Below are positions 1-12,989 of a stretch of DNA of 64,000 nt, in pieces (the stretch's first letter is position 1; each line of letters starts with the position of its first letter). This DNA is from Eledone cirrhosa (Eukaryota), in contig OZ024763.1 of assembly GCA_964016885.1 (NCBI GenBank), positions 3,720,001-3,784,000 of the forward strand. Direction: 5' to 3'. The notes under the pieces were generated by a model. It ran no database searches and was not told the origin of the DNA. It was given only the letters and a program-made list of their open reading frames with translations. A program made the translations under genes and the position numbers.

Positions 1-106
1 ACGTATTTTTTGAAAATGTTATTTATTCATTATAAAAATTAAATGATAGCATTCTATATGTAGGTGGGTCCCCTTCGTCTCCTGGCAACCAATATTTTTA
101 GACCCA

Positions 107-410
107 GTTTTAATGTGATGTAGTCATAGTGTTGTTTTGTACTAAATGTTTATAGTGTCTTTACTAGTAGACAGATTATTGCGAAAATTTACAGTATTAC
201 AGTAAAGACTTTAATATTTAATGTGATGTAGTCATAGTGTTGTTTTGTACTAAATGTTTATAGTGTCTTTACTAGTAGACAGATTATTGCAAAAATTTAC
301 AGTATTACAGTAAAGACTTTAATATTTAATGTGATGTAGTTATAGTGTTGTTTTGTACTAAATGCTTATAGTATCTTTACTGGTGGACAGACTGTTGTGA
401 AAATTTGTAC
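107..410. repeat. 108-bp tandem repeat (about 3 units); same family as 28266-28810
   Basis: taatgtgatgtagtcatagtgttgttttgtactaaatg recurs at 111, 219 and 327 (108-bp period). Confidence 0.9.
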
Positions 411-707
411 TTTTCAAGAATGTCCTGTTAATGTGGTTTCATGTAGTTTGTTACTTCAAATGTTTAAAGAATCTTTACTAGCGGATAGAGGATCCCAGAC
501 CTCATTCAGTTACCGAGTTGGGTGGAACTCTTCAAATCAGACAAAGCAAACAATGTTTCCATTAGTCTTTCCATTGCTGATACTATCTACTGGTTGCAAC
601 TCCTGGCAGAAAGAGCAATGTGAAATAAAGTTTCTTCAAGAACACATCATATCACCCGGTCCAGGAATCGAACTCTCAACCTCATGGTTGTGAATTCAAT
701 TCTAAGA

Positions 708-893
708 CAGCGGTTCCCAGTGTGGGTTCCATAGAACCCAAGGTTTCCACAAATGAGTGTCCTGGGTTCCGTGACAAAAGGTAGAGGAGTATATTTATAT
801 TATGACCATATAACAGTATTAGACTTTGGGGTTCCCCCCAAATGTTTCTGAACCAAAAAAGGTTCCACATTTGAAAAAGTTTGGGAAACCCTG
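708..893. mobile_element. hAT-like MITE inserted in a minus-strand SINE
   Basis: Terminal inverted repeats cagcggttccca / tgggaaaccctg; imperfect 8-bp flanks ttctaaga / ctctaacc; SINE head sequence resumes on both sides. Confidence 0.55.
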
Positions 894-1339
894 CTCTAAC
901 CACTAAGCCACGTTCCTTTACTGCCTAAACATGCATATATTTCCATTGGTAATACTAATACTATCTACTGGTCACAACTCCTAGCAGAAAGAGCAACGTG
1001 AAATAAAGTGTCTTTCTTACCCAATCGGTCCAAGAATTGAACTCACAACTTCACAGTTGTAAATCCCTTTTAAAACAAACAGCTTTCTATCATAGAACCA
1101 CTCACCATTTCAGACAGTTTGTTTTCAAGCGGCCTAACTGAATTCTGTATAAGAAACTTTGCATCTTTAAGAATCCAGGTGTCTTAAACTGTATTTAATT
1201 ACAGAAGTACCTTTTATCTATCATGACATCCAAATAGGTAACTATCAGTGAAGAAGGATTATAAACCAATTGGTTTAACCCTTTAGCATTTACATTACTC
1301 TATATTTACTATTATATTTTCATGGTAAAGGCTTTAAAT

Positions 1340-1595
1340 AATAATAATAATGAAAATTATTGTGTACAGTGCTCAGGTGCACTACAACTCATCAAAGGTA
1401 CATGTATAGTACATAGAATAATGTAAAATGTCAGGAAAGTGAACAGTGTATGAATCAAGATATACACAGAGACACTCACATGCATACGTGTGTACGGAGG
1501 GGGAATATCAGGTGTAGTGTGGGTGAATTTCAGGAAACATGGAAATTTTAAAGGATGCAGTGTCCCAACAGCTAATAACTGATGCAGGTAGTTTA
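1340..1595 (-). mobile_element. CR1-type LINE 3' end fragment
   Basis: Closely matches 26330-26700 and 18830-19100 (gaaattattgtgtacagtgctcaggtgcactacaactcatcaaagg...), the tail of the CR1-like fragment. Confidence 0.65.
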
Positions 1596-1949
1596 TCTTA
1601 CGTAATATCAAATCTATGAGATTTTGATATTATTTACTTTCAGAACAATACCTTAACATAAGTATGAGTGGCCAGTTTGAACAGAAAAAGGTGAGAGAAT
1701 TCTGGCTGGATACGGCCAGTTTAAATGCCAAAGGGTTAACCCATTAACATTTACATTACTCTATATATACTATTATATTTGCATGGTAAAGGCTTTATCT
1801 GACATAATTATTTCACATAATATCGAATTTATGAGATTTTGATATTATTTACTTTGAAAACAATACCTTAACATAAGTATGAGTGGCTAGTTACAGCCAA
1901 TTTAAACAGATAGAGGTGAGAGAATTCTAGCCAGACGCTTCTGGTTCAA

Positions 1950-4557
1950 CCCTTTAGCATTTAAACTGATCATATTCGTGCAGAATTCTCTCACCTCTTT
2001 CTGTGTAAACTAGCAGTAACCGGCTGCTCATACTGATGTTAAGATATTGTTCTCAAAGTAAATAATATCAAAATCTCATAGTTTTGATATTATGTGAGGT
2101 AAAACCTTTACTGAGAAAATACAATAGTATATATAGAGTAATGTAAATGTTATGTGAGGTAAAACCTTTACTGTGAAAATACTATAGTATATATAGAGTA
2201 ATGTAAATGATATGTGAGGTAAAGCCTTTACTGTGAAAATGCAATAGTATATATAGAGTAATGTAAATGATATGTGAGGTAAAGCCTTTACTGTGAAAAT
2301 ACTATAGTATATATAGAGTAATGTAAATGATATGTGAGGTAAAGCCTTTACTGTGAAAATGCAATAGTATATATAGAGTAATGTAAATGATATGTGAGGT
2401 AAAGCCTTTACTGTGAAAATACAATAGTATATATAGAGTAATGTAAATGTTATGTGAGGTAAAGCCTTTACTGTGAAAATACTATAGTATATATAGAGTA
2501 ATGTAAATATTATGTGAGGTAAAGCCTTTACTGTGAAAATACTATAGTATATATAGAGTAATGTAAATGATATGTGAGGTAAAGCCTTTACTGTGAAAAT
2601 ACTATAGTATATATAGAGTAATGTAAATGATATGTGAGGTAAAGCCTTTACTGTGAAAATACAATAGTATATATAGAGTAATGTAAATGATATGTGAGGT
2701 AAAGCCTTTACTGTGAAAATACTATAGTATATATAGAGTAATGTAAATGATATGTGAGGTAAAGCCTTTACTGTGAAAATACTATAGTATATATAGAGTA
2801 ATGTAAATGATATGTGAGGTAAAGCCTTTACTGTGAAAATACTATAGTATATATAGAGTAATGTAAATGTTATGTGAGGTAAAACCTTTACAGTGAAAAT
2901 ACTATAGTATATATAGAGTAATGTAAATGTTATGTGAGGTAAAGCCTTTACTGTGAAAATACTATAGTATATATAGAGTAATGTAAATGTTCTGTGAGGT
3001 AAAACCTTTACTGTGAAAATACTATAGTATATATAGAGTAATGTAAATGTTATGTGAGGTAAAGCCTTTACTGTGAAAATACTATAGTATATATAGAGTA
3101 ATGTAAATGATATGTGAGGTAAAGCCTTTACTGTGAAAATACTATAGTATATATAGAGTAATGTAAATGTTATGTGAGGTAAAACCTTTACTGTGAAAAT
3201 ACTATAGTATATATAGAGTAATGTAAATGTTATGTGAGGTAAAACCTTTACTGTGAAAATACTATAGTATATATAGAGTAATGTAAATGTTATGTGAGGT
3301 AAAACCTTTACTGTGAAAATACTATAGTATATATAGAGTAATGTAAATGATATGTGAGGTAAAACCTTTACTGTGAAAATACTATAGTATATATAGAGTA
3401 ATGTAAATGTTATGTGAGGTAAAACCTTTACTGTGAAAATACTATAGTATATATAGAGTAATGTAAATGTTATGTGAGGTAAAGCCTTTACTGTGAAAAT
3501 ACTATAGTATATATAGAGTAATGTAAATGATATGTGAGGTAAAGCCTTTACTGTGAAAATACTATAGTATATATAGAGTAATGTAAATGTTATGTGAGGT
3601 AAAACCTTTACTGTGAAAATACTATAGTATATATAGAGTAATGTAAATGTTATGTGAGGTAAAGCCTTTACTGTGAAAATACTATAGTATATATAGAGTA
3701 ATGTAAATGATATGTGAGGTAAAGCCTTTACTGTGAAAATACTATAGTATATATAGAGTAATGTAAATGTTATGTGAGGTAAAACCTTTACTGTGAAAAT
3801 ACTATAGTATATATAGAGTAATGTAAATGTTATGTGAGGTAAAGCCTTTACTGTGAAAATACTATAGTATATATAGAGTAATGTAAATGATATGTGAGGT
3901 AAAGCCTTTACTGTGAAAATACTATAGTATATATAGAGTAATGTAAATGTTATGTGAGGTAAAACCTTTACTGTGAAAATACTATAGTATATATAGAGTA
4001 ATGTAAATGATATGTGAGGTAAAACCTTTACTGTGAAAATACTATAGTATATATAGAGTACTGTAAATATTATGTGAGGTAAAACCTTTACTGTGAAAAT
4101 ACTATAGTATATATAGAGTAATGTAAATGTTATGTGAGGTAAAGCCTTTACTGTGAAAATACTATAGTATATATAGAGTACTGTAAATGTTATGTGAGGT
4201 AAAACCTTTACTGTGAAAATACTATAGTATATATAGAGTACTGTAAATATTATGTGAGGTAAAGCCTTTACTGTGAAAATACGATAGTATATATAGAGTA
4301 ATGTAAATGTTATGTGAGGTAAAGCCTTTACTGTGAAAATACTATAGTATATATAGAGTACTGTAAATGTTATGTGAGGTAAAACCTTTACTGTGAAAAT
4401 ACTATAGTATATATAGAGTACTGTAAATATTATGTGAGGTAAAACCTTTACTGTGAAAATACTATAGTATATATAGAGTAATGTAAATGTTATGTGAGGT
4501 AAAGCCTTTACTGTGAAAATACAATAGTATATATAGAGTAATGAAAATGCTAAAGGG
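1950..4557. mobile_element. piggyBac-like MITE expanded by an internal 60-bp tandem array
   Basis: Ends ccctttagcattt ... aaatgctaaaggg with TTAA on the right flank (left tcaa); interior matches the 219-bp copy at 36481-36699. Confidence 0.7.
2089..4548. repeat. 60-bp minisatellite, about 41 units
   Basis: Sequence lines repeat at exactly 60 bp: aaagcctttactgtgaaaatactatagtatatatagagtaatgtaaatgttatgtgaggt. Confidence 0.97.
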
Positions 4558-4896
4558 TTAACAGATGGTTTTAGTAGAATGGTTTCTACCTGTGGATCTT
4601 CAAAGGAATTATCACCTGGATCTCTGGAAATCTAATTCTTGGCAATGTTATCTTCAGTGAGGTTATTTAAGACAGTAAGAGATGGAATACTTTCTCAATC
4701 TTGTTGTTGTTGTTGTTGTCGTCGTCGTTGATCCTTCTTCTCCATCCACCTCCTCCTCCTCCTCCTGAGTGTGAAGAAGAACAGGAGTGGAAGGAGCTCT
4801 CATCTACCCCCCACGCCCCCCCCACCATATCTTAAGTGATTGATCCTTTAAAGACAATAATCATTATTTCTCTTCTGTTCAATGGGGAATTTTTTC

Positions 4897-4937
<41 letters not shown>

Positions 4938-5108
4938 GTTACTACTACTACTACTATTACTACCACTACCACCACCACCACCACTACTACTAACACCACC
5001 TCCACGAGTCCTATTGTCTGCTAATCACCACAGTCCATTACAATAAGATGCCACACATGAAATTAAAAGCAGTCTCTTCTTTAACATCGCAGTAAGTAGA
5101 GATATAAT

Positions 5109-5110
<2 letters not shown>

Positions 5111-5145
<35 letters not shown>

Positions 5146-5298
5146 TGGATATATATATATATGAATGGATATATATATATATATATGAATGGATATATAT
5201 ATATGAATGGATATATATACATATATGAATGGATATATATATATATATGAATGGATATATATATATATATATATGAATGGATATATATATATATGAAT

Positions 5299-5335
<37 letters not shown>

Positions 5336-5520
5336 TGGATATATATATATATGAATGGATATATATATATATGAATGGATATATATATATATATATATAT
5401 GAATGGATATATATATATATGAATGGATATATATATATGAATGGATATATATATATATATATAAATGGATATATATACATATGAATGGATATATATATAT
5501 ATATAAGAATGGAAATATAT
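5111..5520. repeat. Compound microsatellite (TA)n-gaatgga
   Basis: gaatgga alternating with variable (TA)n. Confidence 0.9.
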
Positions 5521-5913
5521 ATATTATAGATATAAGTGTGTATAAAAATTATACACACTTACATATACACATATATATATATACACCTATACACATACAT
5601 TCTCATACACATACACACATATATATACACGTCTTTTCTCTAACATTGCAGTTATTATATATATATATTATCATCATCATCATCATCATCATCAGGTTTA
5701 GCGTCCGTGTTCCACGCTTGCATGGGTTTGGACGGGGGTTTTCCCACTTGAGGCAAGAGTGGTTGTCTTGCTCGCATAGGACTGTCTGGCGGGTTTTCTA
5801 CAGTTGGATGCCCTTCCTAACACCAACCACATTTACAGTATATAATATATATATATTTATATATATATAAAATATATATATATTTATATATATATAAAAT
5901 ATATTATATATAC

Positions 5914-5950
<37 letters not shown>

Positions 5951-6216
5951 ATATATATTTTTAAAAAAATCTATATAATTGCTATAGTACATTGATATTG
6001 TAAGTATGGTAAGAATAAAGGAACTGAACTGTGTGACACTTTGATGGTGGTGGTGGTGGGGTATTTTGAGAGTGGGGGAGGGACAAAGGGACGGGTGGTG
6101 GAGTGGGGCGAGGAGGAGGGTCATTGTGGAGAGGGTGTATTGGGGAGGGGGTGGGGGTAATATAGGGTACAGTAACAACAACTACAACAACCACAATAAT
6201 AGTGCCATAATATATC

Positions 6217-6247
<31 letters not shown>

Positions 6248-6355
6248 TATATATATATACACATATATATAATATATTATATATTATATATATATACATA
6301 TATAAATAATATATTATATATATATATAATATATTATATATATATAATATATATA

Positions 6356-6396
<41 letters not shown>

Positions 6397-6596
6397 CAAG
6401 ATGGATTTAGGTAGAAATTGGTCAGACCTTTACTCACCTGAGTACTCGATACTAGCTTTAGTAGTGTTAACCTAACATATACCTTCCATATACTGTACCG
6501 ATTGAGTTGTTATTTCTGTTTACCTTTTACATATATATATACATACGTATATATATATATATAAACATAAGTATATATATATATATATATATATAT

Positions 6597-6683
<87 letters not shown>

Positions 6684-6799
6684 TATATATATATATAGTT
6701 ATATATATATAGGTATATATATATATATAGTTATATATATATATATAGTTATATATATATAGGTATATATATATATATAGGCATATATATATATATATT

Positions 6800-9700
6800 A
6801 AAGTCAAATTCACCTCGTGGACGAGAATGCGAGCACTCCTCTTTGTTTCGTCCGCGGATGGCTAACATAACCCCATCTCCCCCCGCCCCCCACCTCCCCT
6901 ACCGCCCCCACCCTCCAAACGCAATCCAAAACTTCAGAGTTGCTGCCATAAATGTAGGCACCCTAAAGGGTCGCGCTAATGAGGTTGTAGAAATGCTTGA
7001 ACGTAAGGAGGTCGATGTATGTTGTATTCAAGAGACCAGGTGGAGGGGTGGGTCTGCTAGATTCATTGAGGGTAAAAAACGATGCTATAAGCTTTTCTGG
7101 GTGGGAAACGACGATGGGCTGGGTGGAGTAGGAATCATGGTAGCAGAAAAGTGGGCAGATAAGATAATAGACGTAAATAGAGTGAACGACAGAATAATTA
7201 AAATACGACTTGTCCTCAATAGAACTACGGTGACAGTAATATCTGCGTACGCACCCCAATCCAAACTGCCCGGCACTATAAAAGACAGATTCTATGAGAC
7301 ACTGATGCTAACTACCTCCCAAATATCCGACAGTGACTATATAATTATTGCAGGCGACCTAAATGGTCACGTTGGACAACATTGTGACGGCTACGACGAA
7401 ATCCATGGAGGCTATGGGTTTGGTACTAGAAATGAGGAAGGCTCCAGAATCCTGGAATTCTGTGATGCAAATAACCTAACTATCTGTAACACTAACTTCA
7501 AAAAACGTGACAATCACCTGATCACCTATAGATCCGGGGAACACACAAGCCAGGTAGATTATATCCTTACCAGAAGACGTGACAGAGTGTCTGTCGTAAA
7601 CACTAAATCCCTCCCACATGAAGAATGCACCTCCCAACATAGACTGATAATTAGCGACCTCATAGTCAGGACGAGACGTACTCGACAGCAGAAGAGGACT
7701 ATCCTCAGGAGAAAAATATGGAAGCTAAAGGACCCCACAGCCAGAAATAAATTTCAAAGCATATTACTTGATGCTTTCGACAGTAAGGAAGAACATTTAC
7801 AGTCGGACAATATAGAGGGACAGTGGGAATTTCTGAAAGCAAACCTGCTGATGGCGACAGACGAACTCTGTGACTGGAGCAGGCCTGTAGGCAGGAGGAG
7901 AGTAACATGGTGGTGGAACAGTAAAGTGGAGGGGTCAATTAAGGCCAAAAAGCAGGCTTGGAAAGTATGGCGGGATGGGGGAAGTAGAGAAGACTATCAA
8001 GTGGCCAGGAGGGAAGCTAGGAGACAAGTGTACTTAGCAAGAAGGGAAGCAGAGGAAAGAAAGTTCAAGCATGTTCTACAACGCGAGGACCAAAAACGTG
8101 AGGTGTTCAGGATTGCTAGGCAATGCGTCAAGGAAAACCGTGATATTGTCGGGGAGAAGTGTGTACTAAACGATGATGGCACACTTGCCATCACCGACGC
8201 TGATAAGAAGGTAGCTTGGAAGTGTCACTATGAAAGGCTACTAAATGAGGAGAATAAATGGGAGAAAGACAGTCTCCCCCATATCGACCCAATAGAGGGA
8301 CCAGCAGTGTTAGTCGAGGGGAGTATAATAAGTAAGGCAATCAAGGATATGAAGACGGGTAAGGCGGCTGGGCCTTCGGAAATAGTTGCTGAGATTCTGA
8401 AGGCATCTGGCACGGTGGGACACACCATGGTCACCCGCATAGTTAACCAAGTCGTACAAAATGGGGTTGTTCCGAAGGACTGGCATAGCAGCATCATCGT
8501 TAACTGTTATAAGGGTAAAGGAGACGCCCTAGATAGGAGTAACTATAGAGGCATTACATTAATCGACCAGGTCATGAAGGTCACGGAAAAAGTAATAGCG
8601 CAACTAATCAGAGAGAGAATTGACCTAGATGAAATGCAGTTCGGGTTTGTGTCAGGCAAAAGTACCACAGACGCTCTTTTCATAGTACGACAACTACAGG
8701 AGAAGTACCTAGCTAAAGGTAAACCCCTCTACTTAGCTTTTGTCGACTTGGAGAAAGCCTTCGACAGAGTCCCCCGCTCCATTATCTGGCGGGCTCTTAG
8801 AAAACTAGGCGTTGACGAATGGCTTGTGAGGGCTATACAAGCCATGTATAAAGAAACAGTCAGCAAGGTTAGAATTAACAACGAATATAGTGAAGAGTTT
8901 AGCGTAAAAGTTGGCGTCCATCAGGGCTCTGTTCTCAGCCCCCTACTATTTATTATTGCCCTTCAGGCTATAACAGAGGAGTTCAAGACCGGCTGCCCAT
9001 GGGAACTCCTATACGCAGACGACCTGACACTCATAGCGGAATCAATGGCCGAGCTAGAGAAGAAATTCCAAACATGGAAGCACGGCCTAGAGTCAAAAGG
9101 ACTTAAAATTAACCTGGCTAAGACTAAAGTTCTAGTTTGTAGGAAAGAAAACAAGGCGGCGGTCCCTTCTGGGAAATGGTCGTGCTCGGTGTGTAGGAAA
9201 GGCGTAGGTAGAAACTCCATTTTATGTCCTAAATGCAAAGTATGGGTGCATAAAAGATGTAGTGGGATCACAGGTAAGCTAACTAAGAACATAGATTTTA
9301 CATGTGGCCGGTGTTCTGGTGCAATAAGTAGCAGCAAGTGCCCACAAAATACTAGCTCTTTCAATTGCGCAGAAATAGTGGACAGCTTCCGTTACCTGGG
9401 CGATAAAATCAGCAGTGGGGGAGGGTGCTCTGAAAGTACAGTAGCTAGAGTCAGAACTGGTTGGAAAAAGTTCAGAGAGCTTATACCAGTATTAGCTGCT
9501 AAAGGGTTCTCCCTAAAAATGAAAGGCAGGTTGTACGATGCCTGCATACGAACAGCAATGTTGCATGGCAGTGAGACCTGGGCATTGTGTGCAGAGGATA
9601 TACGCAGACTAGAGAGGAACGAAGCTTGAATGCTCCGCTGGATGTGTAACAGTAATATACGTGAACGGCAAAGCATAAACGAACTAAGGAAAAAATTAGA

Positions 9701-10005
9701 AATAAGAGGGATCAGATGTTGTTTACTCGAGAGAAGGCTACGTTGGTATGGGCACGTGATGCGCATGAAAGTCGATAGCTGTATAACAAAGTGCAGGGCA
9801 ATAACGATAGACGGTAGCCACGGAATAGGCAGACCTAGAAAAACCTGGGACGAGCTGATAAACTCCGACCTCACACACTTACACCTCTCCAAGACAATGT
9901 CACTGGACCGAGACCTTTGGCGGTACTCAGTAACAGAGAAGACCCGCCTTACCTAAATATATAGTAAAACCTACTCCAGCCAGTAGGCATCTCTAACAAA
10001 ATACA
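6800..10005 (+). mobile_element. RTE-clade non-LTR retrotransposon, near full-length coding region, 3' UTR cut off
   Basis: Single long ORF with APE endonuclease and RT; flanked by (TA)n on both sides; 3' end matches the fragment at 56693-56935. Confidence 0.93.
6858..9956 (+). pseudogene. RTE ORF: AP endonuclease + reverse transcriptase + PHD-type zinc finger; one premature TGA at 9627-9629
   Basis: APE motifs NVGTL, CIQETRW, SAYAPQ, GDLNGH, VDYIL; RT motifs QFGF, FVDLEKAFD, GVHQGSVLSP, LLYADDL; RTE C-terminus RLRWYGHVMR...GRPRKTW continues in the same frame after EA*MLRW. Confidence 0.93.
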
Positions 10006-10031
10006 CATACATATATATATATATATGTATG

Positions 10032-10087
<56 letters not shown>

Positions 10088-10206
10088 GTATGTGTATGTA
10101 TGTATATATATATAGATATCGATATATATATATGTGTGTATATATATAGATATATATATATGTATGTATGTATATATATAGATATAGATATATACATATA
10201 TATACC

Positions 10207-10244
<38 letters not shown>

Positions 10245-11669
10245 AAGCGGACGTAAAATGAAATGATGATATACCTATATATATATGTATGTATATTGAT
10301 ATATATATATATAATTATTTATTTACAATAGTTTATAACTTTGCCTGTTAATCCGTATGGTGAGCAAATGGGGTCCCACGTACTGGCCTCCCCACTGCCC
10401 CACCGGACAGAATGGAGAAGGTGTTTCCTCGGAGGATGGTAAGGGAGATGCGCTAGAAGAAACATTCCAATTCATGAGGCTCACACCTGCGGCTGGCTAG
10501 CTCAGCGCCTATGGTGGTGAATAGGGAGATAGCCCAAGGGTCAAAGACACCAGAAGTCTCCACTGCCAAGGGCACAACCGTGAACCTGTCGGAGTTGTAG
10601 AGGACAGAGAAAAAAGACTGGCTTTCGCATATTTTAAAATTTTATTTTGAAAAAATACAAAACTCCAACATGCTTTGCGATATTCAGTTACGTCTCTTTG
10701 TGTTCTGAGTTCAAATCCGGGTCAAATTCAACCTTGACTTTCATCCTTCCGATAGTTTACAGAGGGCATAAGTTAGTTAACCCTTTAAATACTTAAGAAT
10801 TACCTCCCTTAATTCAAGGTTTACAAGAGTTTACTCCCTTGTCAAGTAAAACTTTTGGCATGGCATACCATTTATATATAAGGGGTAATAGATACCTTCT
10901 CCAGTCCATCATGACATACCAGTTATATATAAGGGGTTAGGTACCTCTGCTACTCTGTCATGACATACCAATTATATATATGAGGTATTTGAATAAATAA
11001 ATTAATGTATAAATAATATATATGTATATATTAGAAAGTGAGATTTTTTTTTACGAAATGAAAAAAAAAACGAGGTGTCCTACACGAGTGAAGTATAAGG
11101 AAAAAAGATGAAATCGGAAATACAACTGGAGTCTTTTTTTAAAAAAAATATATATTTATTTGATTCCTTTACCAGTTTTGCAGTTCTTCTGCTTTTCAAA
11201 AGTAGAATTGAGATGGAGGGTTTGTGGTTTTTCTCACATCTGGTTGGTCTTTGAATATTTCTTCTGTTTTATATGGAAAAAAGTGGCTCAAAATGCTAGG
11301 TTTTTAGAGAAGTAATTTGGTTGGTGAATAAGTATAATAAATTTCGTGCCAGTTCGCGTTACAAAGTTCTTATTATATTTGCCTTCAAAAAAAGGTGGGG
11401 CTCAGGTTGTTTTTTCATATATGAGTGAAGTTTGGTTGGTTGATGCAGTCACGTGAATAACCACATCAGTTTTCGCACCAGTTTGTGTTTGAATTTTTTT
11501 TACTTAAAAAATATATATATATATATACACCCAGTCATTATTAGTAGAATATAATAAATTATAATATTATATATATATATAAATATATATATATATCATC
11601 ATCATATATAAATATATATATATCATCATCATCATTTTATGTCTGCTTTTCCCTGCTTGCATATATATA

Positions 11670-12120
11670 TCATCATTCATCATCACCGTTTTACGTCCGT
11701 TCATCCACGCTAGCATGGGTTAGACGGGTTGTCCTGTTGTGGGCAGTGTCTGGTCGGCTGACCATGCCTTGCTCATACAAGAACTGATTTGGCTTGATTT
11801 CTACAGCTGGATGCCTTTCCTAACACCAACCTCATTTACAGTGAGTGCTGGGTACTTTTTTCGTGGCGCCTACACGTTCACTTTACAGTGTGGGCTGGGT
11901 GCTCTTTTGCTGTGGCACCTCTCCACCACCACTTTGCAGTGGGAGGGTGTGGGGGCATATTGTCTATATGCTTCAGCTTCGGCTTGTACTCGTGGGGGGG
12001 GGGTCGGGTATTCTGTATTACTGCGTGACGCCTTTGAGAGGTGTAATTGGGTAAGGTCAGCTTTTATCAGCTCATCCCAGGTCTTCTTGGGTATCTCCAC
12101 TCCGCGGTTTCCATTGACTA
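11670..12120 (-). mobile_element. RTE LINE 3' fragment with 3' UTR
   Basis: Minus frame PKKTWDELIKADLTQLHLSKA; homologous to 23140-23597. Confidence 0.85.
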
Positions 12121-12180
12121 TTTTTATATATATATATTTATATATATATATTTATATATATATATAAATATATATTTATA

Positions 12181-12237
<57 letters not shown>

Positions 12238-12331
12238 TCCATTTATTTAATATCATTGATGTATATATACATATATATATGTGTGTGTCTGCGTGTGTTT
12301 GTGTGTATATATACATTGTAAAGAGTCTTTG

Positions 12332-12594
12332 TTAAAAGTGCCATGTCATCGCAATATTGAGTAACAAAATTATAAACAAAAGCACATGCCCCGCTTTCTG
12401 TTGGTGACCTGACCCTGGCGCATTGCACAAGTCAGTGTCACAGAGTGTAACACAGACAACAGACCAACCTGTAATTTGGCAGAGGGTTGTGTTTTTGGCT
12501 GGATTCAGGTAGTTGAAGATCTTGTATTTATTGATGTTGGTGTTGAAAGAATACTCTTTTTCATTGCAGTCTCTTATTATGATCTCCACTTTAC
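12332..12594 (-). CDS. Terminal exon, C-half of Ly6/LU (three-finger) protein with GPI-type tail; CNAP class (gene B exon 3b)
   Basis: Acceptor ttttattctctattcatgtcccag, phase 1; (G)KVEIIIRDCNEKEYSFNTNINKYKIFNYLNPAKNTTLCQITGWSVVCVTLCDTDLCNAPGSGHQQKAGHVLLFIILLLNIAMTWHF*; five Cys ending CxxxxCN, then a hydrophobic tail. Confidence 0.85.
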
Positions 12595-12640
12595 CTGGGA
12601 CATGAATAGAGAATAAAATACATACACATTTGAATTCTTG

Positions 12641-12688
<48 letters not shown>

Positions 12689-12938
12689 ATAATAATAAAT
12701 GTAAACATCGTTTAACATTGATGAGGATAATGATGATAATTATGATATATATATATATCCCACATTGTAAATGTGGTTGGTGTTAGGAAGGGCATCCAGC
12801 TGTAGAAAACCCGCCAGACAGTCCTATGCGAGCAAGACAATCACTCTTGCCTCAAGTGGGAAAAGCCCCGTCCAAACCCATGCAAGCGTGGAACATGGAC
12901 GTTAAACGATGATGATGATGATGATATATATATAGAAG

Positions 12939-12989
12939 AACTTCTACAGGACTAGAACTGTTTCATTCGTGAGAAATCATCAGGAAGCT
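12939..12989 (-). ncRNA. Type I hammerhead ribozyme motif (minus-strand partner of a palindrome)
   Basis: Minus strand agcttc CTGATGA tttctcacgaat GAAA cag-ttctagtc-ctg TA gaagtt. Confidence 0.65.

Noticed and set aside
2089-4548. Regular array resembling CRISPR
   Set aside because: Head-to-tail near-identical 60-bp units with no unique spacers, no cas genes, eukaryotic context
4836-5024. Poly-Thr mucin-like ORF
   Set aside because: Translation of an (ACT/ACC)n microsatellite; no ATG start or exon context
6963-9892. Several minus-strand ORFs of 60-166 aa
   Set aside because: Antisense shadows of the RTE ORF
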